Shown piece by piece: positions 38,378 through 45,554 of a stretch of 45,554 nt of DNA. Source of the stretch: Nemertoderma westbladi (Eukaryota > Animalia > Xenacoelomorpha); contig JAUCBJ010002255.1 in assembly GCA_032718475.1 (NCBI GenBank), forward strand, positions 1-45,554, read 5' to 3'. Both the position numbers and the translations under genes were made by a program. Each line of letters starts with the position of its first letter. The stretch's first letter is position 1. The notes below the pieces were generated by a model, which saw only the letters and a program-made list of their open reading frames with translations, searched no databases and was not told where the DNA came from.

Positions 38378-39796
38378 TCATACACGGAGCGACGCGTAGT
38401 AGGAACCGTAAGGTCTGAACCTTGGTTCGTTCAACCGAAGTTCTTCCAGAACACGAACCCAAACGAGTTTATCCCTATAAACCTTGATATAAATGTCCTT
38501 CCAGTCCACGGATCCTAAAGGAAGGTTCCCGAAGCTGGGGTAAGGCTTCCAGTTGCCGAAATCCCTCCAGTACAGAGATCGCCAGAGGATACGTTCAGCG
38601 GATAAGTTGTAGAAACGGAAACATGTCGCCGAGACTTTAACTAAACTTCGTACATCGAGATAGCGAAGAATTAGCAAGAGGACTTCGCAAGGAATAGCCA
38701 GAATTCCTTTGTGGATTGGCAAGTTACATATCTCGTAAGATTTAATAGCTAATTTATTGCAGATAGAGTCTTTGACCATTCGGGATAGTCGAGGGAGGTT
38801 CTTGTACATTCTACAAAGTAAAGATTTTGAATCGATAGGTAGGAAATCGTGGAGATATATGAAGTCCGCGACGATTAGATTGAGGTCAGAGAATGTCTGT
38901 TTGTGACCGTCTATGGATGAACAGACTAGTAAATGTGAGTGGCAGGGGACACAGACTACGGTACATTTGGGTGGAGACGGATGTTGTGGAGACGGAAGTC
39001 GGTTAAACAGCCCTCGGACTTCTCTGTGGACGTAGGAGACTCTATAGACTCCGTTCAGCTTCCACCCATCCGGGAGCTTATTGAGTATGCTGGTCGTGGA
39101 GCAGAGCGTTGATTGGCTGGAGTAGACGCTTAGGGATTGTGTTCTCATTGGATGGTGCCATGGGAACGAGTCCATGGAGGATACGGCACTGGGAGGTCCG
39201 GTATTGGTAGGTTTACCGGGGTCTTCCGGTGGAGCTGACACCGCCTCCCTATGCCGATAATTAGAATCGTTGTCCCAAACACTGAAACCAGATTCTAACA
39301 TCAGTTGGTGAATCGTTAAAACCAACAGGTCATTGGAACACTCTATGTCGGTTTCTTCTATTAAGTCCGATAAAGTTGCCGGTATCCTATGACAGGTCGA
39401 TTCTTGGATTAACATTGGCTCTGTTTCTGTTATATCCCGATTAGAACACAACTCTTCAAATAACTCCTCTATATCAGCGGCGACATCAGGAATAGTTTTA
39501 TCTCTCGAGGTATTGCAGTTGCATACAACATAAATCAACTGATTTGGAATTAGCATTAACGATTCTACTGCCATTTCAGAATGATTTCCTCCAATTTCGT
39601 CCACATCATTCAGACTTAAATGAAACTTGTGCTTGGTCTGACCCGTTGGATTGTAGTCTGTGTTAGCTGAATATATCAGCTCAATCACTAAATCTTTCAG
39701 TTTCAATAATGTTACGGAATTATGTACTTCCACGGTGTGTATAGTTTGTCCGTGTTTAACCCTGAGTTTTAGTTTTTCAAATGTTGAAGAAGTCAT
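38378..39796 (-). CDS. FBXO7: F-box only protein 7-like (UBL, FP/PI31 domain, F-box), intronless, 472 aa
   Basis: N-terminal LKLRVK UBL-like start, FP motifs DLLVLTIHQLMLESGF and LPDGWKLNGVYRVSYVH, and F-box GILAIPCEVLLLILRYLDVRSLVKVSATC...LWRSLYWRDF. Confidence 0.88.
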   Translation of the reverse strand: MTSSTFEKLKLRVKHGQTIHTVEVHNSVTLLKLKDLVIELIYSANTDYNPTGQTKHKFHLSLNDVDEIGGNHSEMAVESLMLIPNQLIYVVCNCNTSRDKTIPDVAADIEELFEELCSNRDITETEPMLIQESTCHRIPATLSDLIEETDIECSNDLLVLTIHQLMLESGFSVWDNDSNYRHREAVSAPPEDPGKPTNTGPPSAVSSMDSFPWHHPMRTQSLSVYSSQSTLCSTTSILNKLPDGWKLNGVYRVSYVHREVRGLFNRLPSPQHPSPPKCTVVCVPCHSHLLVCSSIDGHKQTFSDLNLIVADFIYLHDFLPIDSKSLLCRMYKNLPRLSRMVKDSICNKLAIKSYEICNLPIHKGILAIPCEVLLLILRYLDVRSLVKVSATCFRFYNLSAERILWRSLYWRDFGNWKPYPSFGNLPLGSVDWKDIYIKVYRDKLVWVRVLEELRLNEPRFRPYGSYYASLRV

Positions 39797-41308
39797 ATTG
39801 CACTTTACTGTTTAAACTTTTCTTTACTGTTATGTTTAGACTAAAAAAATATTATTAAACCAATGAAGTAGTTTCGTTTTTTATGCACTTGCAACAATAC
39901 TAAAACACTATGCTTACATATGTTAATATCCTATGCCGACCTAAATACTCTACATCAATGGTGCACATGAAAAGCTGTTAAGGCAGACAGACATTACAGT
40001 TACAGACATTTACATTACAGGCAGACAGACAGTACATTATTATAATAGGAGAGGGACTTCGGGCCTTCGGTAAGCAATATACGGATCGGATATGGAAAAA
40101 TGTATGTAGGTCTACTTGATTCAGAAATGGATCTCACGAAAACTGAAAGTATTATATATACGGGTTTTCTGCTACAGTGTAAACTCCTAAATCATCCACA
40201 TCGAGATCCCGTGTAGTAAAAGGTTCACCGGTACTTCGGAATAGGAGCGCTAAGCATTGATTTAAATTGTCAACCCCGCTCTACGAATGCGGAGAAGAAA
40301 TAATTGCTTTCTTCGTATCTTTTCTTCGGCCATCAATTGTCAAGAACCCTTGCAGCTTGTCATTGTGCTAGGCCATCGACATACGACTGAGTAATAACTA
40401 ATAAATAACAACATTATTATAATCTAAATGAAGTATACTGTATCCATCATGTAGGCCATACCTACTGAAAGGAAGCGGTACCGGTAAATGTGGGCTAGGG
40501 TTTATGTTCCCGTGTGACATCATAATTTGCAGTGTTTAGTTTCGGTCAAGGCCTACTTAGGCTTTGGTTTCGGTTTGGCTAAATTATAAGGAATCTGACA
40601 TTCTGGTACCGGTATTAGATTTCTATAGGCCATGGATTGCATGCCAATTATCCACGTATTGTGAACAGAAGTCAGCTGTAATTTTATGAGGGCGGCTCAC
40701 GGTACCGACTGATGATATCTTATTGATGCTACCGGTAACTCGTCAATTACTTTCGGTTTACTTTTAACCGGTACCCTTCTCAACTACTTTATTGTAGATA
40801 ATGCTACCACCGGCAGTTTGTTAACATGCTGACATGCAATTCGTGGTATCCTCTCTTATGACTGTTAGTGTTAGTTCTAGTTGCACTCATTTACAATTAT
40901 GAAAAAAAAAAATTAGACAGTTTAAAGATATTTATAGTGCTTGTAGCATAATTTCTATAGAAACGGTAAGTAGAAATAGTTTTATTTACGTTAGTTAATT
41001 TTACCTGCAGTCCGTGAGTTAGAGTAGCACACAAGTAATATCTTTTTAATAATATACAAGCACCAAAGCGGGTGGTCATGTACAATGTAACTTAATGGGT
41101 TTGCTTGCTACATAATCTGGGTCTTTCTTTACACATTACATCCTGGAGCTAAATACTCTTGTAAGTTTTTGTGATGATGATCAACAGTAACACAAGGTAG
41201 GCCTACTGGCCAGGCCACTACTGGGAGGTTCTGTTTCGCTGAAATATAAAAGCTCTATATACTTTCTATAAGTTTTAGTTTCGATGGTATGTGGTATGTA
41301 GTTACCAA

Positions 41309-42715
41309 ATGGACCCCGAAGGATCTAAAGAAAACCAGCTTAATTGTGCTGTTACACCTGATGGATATAAGAATGATATAGGTAACAGAGGCGTTGAGGA
41401 TAGGTTTCAACATGCACCCATTCAATTTGGTGCAAAGCCAGAAGGTTATAAGGATATTTATAATTTATTTGATGACAGTAAGCATGACTCAAAAGATAAT
41501 TATAAAAAGATGGGTGTAAAACCTGAGGGATTTAAAGACATTTATAATTTATTTGGTGCGAATAGCCTTGATCGATCCACTGATGATGTAGTCACTGGTT
41601 CAATAGTTAGTAAGCCCCCTGATAATGAAGATATTAACAACCATGGGGTTGGTGGCTGTAAGTCTGATACGGATATTGATAAAGTCAACAATGCAGCAGC
41701 AGTATTCAGTAAGCATGTTGAATTTAAGGACAGTAACAACAATGTTATAGGCGTCAATAACCCAAATACGCATATTGATAATGTCGAGAAGGCAACATTT
41801 AATAATACCCTTCAATATAGTAACACTCACAATCTTCACTCTAAGAATAAACCCTATGGCTCTATTGATATTGTCAATGTCAACAAGGCAGCACTTACTA
41901 AGCCCATTCCACATAGAGGCATTTACAATGACAATGTCATTGATCTGAATAATAAAAAAATGCATACTTATGATTTCAACAAGACAGAATTTAACAAGGT
42001 CCTTGAATATCAAGACATTCACAATATAGACGATGTGGATAATCCAGATCTTCCCTTTGAAAATGTCAATAAGCCCGAATTTAATAAAGCCCTTCAATAT
42101 GAAGACATCCCCAATGTAGACTCTATGAATAAGCCGGATAGCCAGATTGATAATGTATGTATACCCAAATTTCAGGAGGACCTTGAAAATAAAGACATCC
42201 GTCATTGTGTTTACCAGAATAAGCCCGATAAACATATTGATAATGTTAGGGATTCTGATTTTATCAAGCCCCTTGAAAATAACATTCATCAGAATGAAGT
42301 TGGTGTGAGTAGTCCAGCTGGTTCTATTAGTTATGGCAATGCGTACGAATTTTACGAGGCCCTTGGATTTAAAGACATCAACAATGTAATTGGTCTGAAA
42401 AAGCCATATAGCCCAATTAGCAATGCCAATAAGTCCGAATTCTGCAAGGCCATTGAATGTAAAGATATCGATAATGTAGTTGGTATAAATAAGACAGATG
42501 TTGATAATGTTATTAAGGCAGCATGTAGTCCGCCAATTGAAGATAAAGAAATCCGTAATATAACGAGCGACAATAGGAAGGATAAACCCACTGAAAATAC
42601 AGCAGTTAGCACAGCAGTTAGTAGAGAAACGGAAGGACGTCCAAGGTCAAAGCTTAGTAAATCGTATGTTAAAAATTTGTATACTCCAAAGTTTAGGATA
42701 CAAACATTTGGTTGA
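41309..42715 (+). CDS. Uncharacterised Asn/Asp-rich protein with degenerate repeats of about 30 aa
   Basis: Long open frame with the first ATG at 41309. It has a duplicated G(A/V)KPEG(Y/F)KDIYNLF motif and about a dozen repeats like NVNKxEFNKALExKDIxNVxGxNKPDxxID. Confidence 0.65.
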   Translation: MDPEGSKENQLNCAVTPDGYKNDIGNRGVEDRFQHAPIQFGAKPEGYKDIYNLFDDSKHDSKDNYKKMGVKPEGFKDIYNLFGANSLDRSTDDVVTGSIVSKPPDNEDINNHGVGGCKSDTDIDKVNNAAAVFSKHVEFKDSNNNVIGVNNPNTHIDNVEKATFNNTLQYSNTHNLHSKNKPYGSIDIVNVNKAALTKPIPHRGIYNDNVIDLNNKKMHTYDFNKTEFNKVLEYQDIHNIDDVDNPDLPFENVNKPEFNKALQYEDIPNVDSMNKPDSQIDNVCIPKFQEDLENKDIRHCVYQNKPDKHIDNVRDSDFIKPLENNIHQNEVGVSSPAGSISYGNAYEFYEALGFKDINNVIGLKKPYSPISNANKSEFCKAIECKDIDNVVGINKTDVDNVIKAACSPPIEDKEIRNITSDNRKDKPTENTAVSTAVSRETEGRPRSKLSKSYVKNLYTPKFRIQTFG

Positions 42716-42956
42716 AGGACATGTTAAGCAAGTAACAAATTTAATTAAATTAATATTACAAAAGTTGCTGCATCAGCTTGGCGCTGTTTTGCGTCCATTT
42801 TCTGTTTACGCTCGTGCTCCCATTCTTTGTCGCCATTCTTTATTTTTTTTCCTCTTTTCCATTTTGACCCGTTTTTGGTGCTGCATACATCCCCACCCCA
42901 TTTGACACCGCTGTACAGAAACAGTGTTACAGACGCCGTGTTCCACGCGCTCATGA

Positions 42957-43865
42957 CCAGGATACTGTCATTACAATGTTCTTACATTAACCAATGGTTT
43001 ATCTTCTAAACATCGTAGAAGTGTAAGAAAGAAAAACCCGCCTTTTCGCAGTAGAAGTAGGAGGATAAAAAAGGGCTTCACTCCCAAAGAAGGTAAAAGT
43101 AGGAACACTAAGAAGCGCATAGCTTCCAAACACAGTAGAAGTAGACAACATAGAAAGTGCTTCAATTGTAAACACAGTAGAAGTATAAAGAAAAAAGACA
43201 CTACCACTTCCAAACGAGGTAAAAGTAGAAGAACAAAAAAGCGCATCACTTCCAAAGTAAGTAAAACTAGAAAAACAAAAAAGCGCATCACTTCCAAAGT
43301 AAGTAAAAGTAGAATATCAAAAAATCGATTCACTTCCAAATTAAGTAAAAGTAGAAGAACAAAAAATCGATTCACTTCCAAAGTAAGTAAAAGTAGAAGA
43401 ACAAAAAATCAATTCAATTCCAAAGTAAGTAAAAGTAGAAGAACAAAAAATCGATTCACTTCCAAAGTAAGTAAAAGTAGAAGAACAAAAAATCGATTCA
43501 CTTCCAAAGTAAGTAAAAGTAGAAGAACAAAAAATCGCATAACTTCTAAAGTAAGTAAATGTAGAAGAACAACAAATCTAATAGCTTCCAGGCGCTGTAG
43601 AAGTAAACAACCAAGAGCTCATGTTACCTCTAAAAGTTGTAGATGTATGAAAACAAATCCGCGGTTAACATCATCGGAAAGATCTTCGCGCCGAAGAAGT
43701 AAAATGTCAAAAAACAATATAAGTTCTAAACTTAGAAGAAGCCAAAGCAGCCCATCCGTTATAAAGGCATTGGAAATCAAAAGGGCCTTTCAATTGAAAT
43801 CATTTCATCAAGTTCATGAGCTTGGTAAATGTCTGTCATGGGGAACCAGGATTATCTGCAGTTAG
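42957..43865 (+). CDS. Hidden stop-free frame of about 300 codons encoding a protamine-like Lys/Arg/Ser repeat region; probable exon or pseudogene part
   Basis: Same frame as the listed 43647-43865 ORF but open from 42957. It reads SSKHRRSVRKK...(TSKVSKSRRTKNRF)n...SSRRRSKMSK. Confidence 0.5.
   Translation, partial: PGYCHYNVLTLTNGLSSKHRRSVRKKNPPFRSRSRRIKKGFTPKEGKSRNTKKRIASKHSRSRQHRKCFNCKHSRSIKKKDTTTSKRGKSRRTKKRITSKVSKTRKTKKRITSKVSKSRISKNRFTSKLSKSRRTKNRFTSKVSKSRRTKNQFNSKVSKSRRTKNRFTSKVSKSRRTKNRFTSKVSKSRRTKNRITSKVSKCRRTTNLIASRRCRSKQPRAHVTSKSCRCMKTNPRLTSSERSSRRRSKMSKNNISSKLRRSQSSPSVIKALEIKRAFQLKSFHQVHELGKCLSWGTRIICS
43205..43585. repeat. 42-bp tandem repeat (about 9 conserved copies plus degenerate flanking copies)
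   Basis: Unit CACTTCCAAAGTAAGTAAAAGTAGAAGAACAAAAAATCGATT. Confidence 0.95.
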
Positions 43866-43999
43866 TATTGCTATGCATCAGAATATCAGTTGGCCTACCG
43901 TTAATATATTTAATGTGTGTCCTTATCAGTCACTCTTGAAACAGCCAGGGATGTGTGTCAAGGGAAAATTAATGTCTAATAATAATTCGATTTATATAA

Positions 44000-45000
44000 A
44001 AATTAAAATTGTAATAATGATCTTCACTGTATTCACTTTTTTCCCATGTAACTTTACAATCAAATACCATAGAATAGTGATCTGTATAATGTACTGTATT
44101 AGGCCTACTGTACAAATCTATCTTTGCTCACAGGGCACTGCAATGCGAATGGCAAAGGCCTTCTTTGTAACGGAAACCAAATCCAAAGATACAGTTAAAG
44201 AAATCAAAGTATAGTAAAGTAACTTTGGAGTCAAGTTCAAATTGGAGTAATTAAAAAGATTAACTTATGAAGAAGAAACTACTGAACTGTCCCTATTTAA
44301 ATGTACCACACATTCCTGTAGTGTTTAAGGCAAACCTTTCAAACATGCTTACCGGTAATAACATTACAATTTGTGTCTACAATCACAAGGTCTCCAACAT
44401 ACGATTTTACTTTCGGTTTTACACAGGAGGCTGCACCCAAGTGTGCAATTATGCTGAAGGTACAGTAGATGCAATATTTTAGATGGGGAGTACTGGGGTT
44501 GTAGAGTTATGTTAGACAGTCCTTACAGGAATGTCAAGAATTGTCATGGGATTGGTTAGTACAGTAGACTTGAGATGTTGGGACCTACTGTAGATACCAA
44601 GCGTAGACTCGTCGACGGTTTACAGGACAAAGGGGTTCAAATAGTTCTGCGAAAACACAGCTGGTTTCGTCTTTAACTTCTACGTATATTGTTAATAAAC
44701 ATTATAATAGCAAATGTGTTACAGATAGATAACTAGCTAATGTCCCAATTGTCCCTAATTTGGCAGTGGTACCGCGCACAGGTTGAAAACTATAAGTCAG
44801 TCTATGTTCGTAATAACTATGGGCCTGCGATTACTGCATCCAATGAAATCAACAACTGAACTTCGATATCTAATTTATGATATTGTATGTGTCTTGTATT
44901 AGGAGAGCTAACTCTGGTTAACGTACGTGTCAACTTATGTAGACTTCTAATTGGTTGTTGCCTGGCTGCTAATCTGATTAAGTAGCGGCAGTGATGTGTT
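44000..45000 (-). pseudogene. Possible heavily decayed piggyBac-like transposase relic
   Basis: Minus-strand patches TVDESTLGIYSRSQHLK, VIVDTN, GMCGTF and DHYS....KVTWEK occur in the order expected for piggyBac motifs, among many stops. Confidence 0.3.
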
Positions 45001-45554
45001 ACTAATCGATGTTTGTCTAATTGATGTTGTTATCTTTCCCTTAACAAGACATTGGCATAATAAGAGGGGTTTACCTATAGTAACCCATGTACAATCAATG
45101 CATAATAGATAAACAATATTCCAACATGTTTACTTTTACTGTTGCGCAACACACGTGATCTCGACTGGTTTGGCCATGACTTTGTTATGTAGTAATCCCC
45201 TTATTGGTGGGTGATAATTACTGCCGTTAAATGGCTGATGGCTAATAGGGTGACATTGAATTCTGGGGTGGCGTAGTGCATATGGGATAATCCCGTAACA
45301 AAAAGGCGGAATTTTGGAATGTACGGATTCATGTTTACATGTCTGGGCCCATGTTTTCCACGACAACTCATGTCTACCTCTACCCTGACTGATGCCAGGT
45401 CAGCTGCATTTTAAGGACAATATAGTTTTAGTATTTTTTAACATAGGCGATGGTTTTTTTGAATGTTATTTTCATTTACTGAAATTAGAACTGAAAAAAA
45501 AAACATTTACTGTAATTAGTAAAACAAGGTGGATGCCTTGTATTTCTAACAGTA

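Noticed and set aside
40070-40390. Coding-like minus-strand sequence upstream of FBXO7
   Set aside because: It is interrupted by stops, I recognise no homology, and there are no clear splice boundaries.
41600-43381. Hydrophobic minus-strand ORFs (229, 86 and 136 aa)
   Set aside because: Antisense shadows of the Asn-rich and Lys/Arg-rich repeat frames.

Overview
This is eukaryotic, very probably invertebrate animal, genomic DNA. It has AT-rich intergenic sequence, GT-AG introns, GC/CpG-rich coding exons and many transposable elements. Recognisable genes are NSF (2 exons, about 742 aa), FRG1 (intronless), thymidylate synthase (2 exons, about 361 aa), NDUFAF3 (intronless), an FBXO7-like gene (intronless) and a 2-exon type II membrane DXD glycosyltransferase that resembles bacterial capsular-polysaccharide-synthesis enzymes. 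Manual splicing reveals two genes the ORF track misses: a 146-aa three-exon orphan and a run of acidic phase-1 exons. A further orphan locus has Asn/Asp-rich repeats of about 30 aa, followed by a hidden protamine-like Lys/Arg/Ser repeat frame. Mobile DNA includes an apparently intact 5,385-bp Sola1-type transposon (28-bp perfect TIRs, AATT TSD) whose transposase carries a higher-order repeat expansion. There is also a 5'-truncated RTE LINE with a 9-bp TSD, a hAT-type MITE with an 8-bp TSD, other MITEs, a CR1/L2-group LINE end and two tRNA-derived SINEs. One SINE has expanded internally into a 2-kb array of 36-bp hairpin units inside the single NSF intron. Family assignments come from motif recognition only; no database searches were run.
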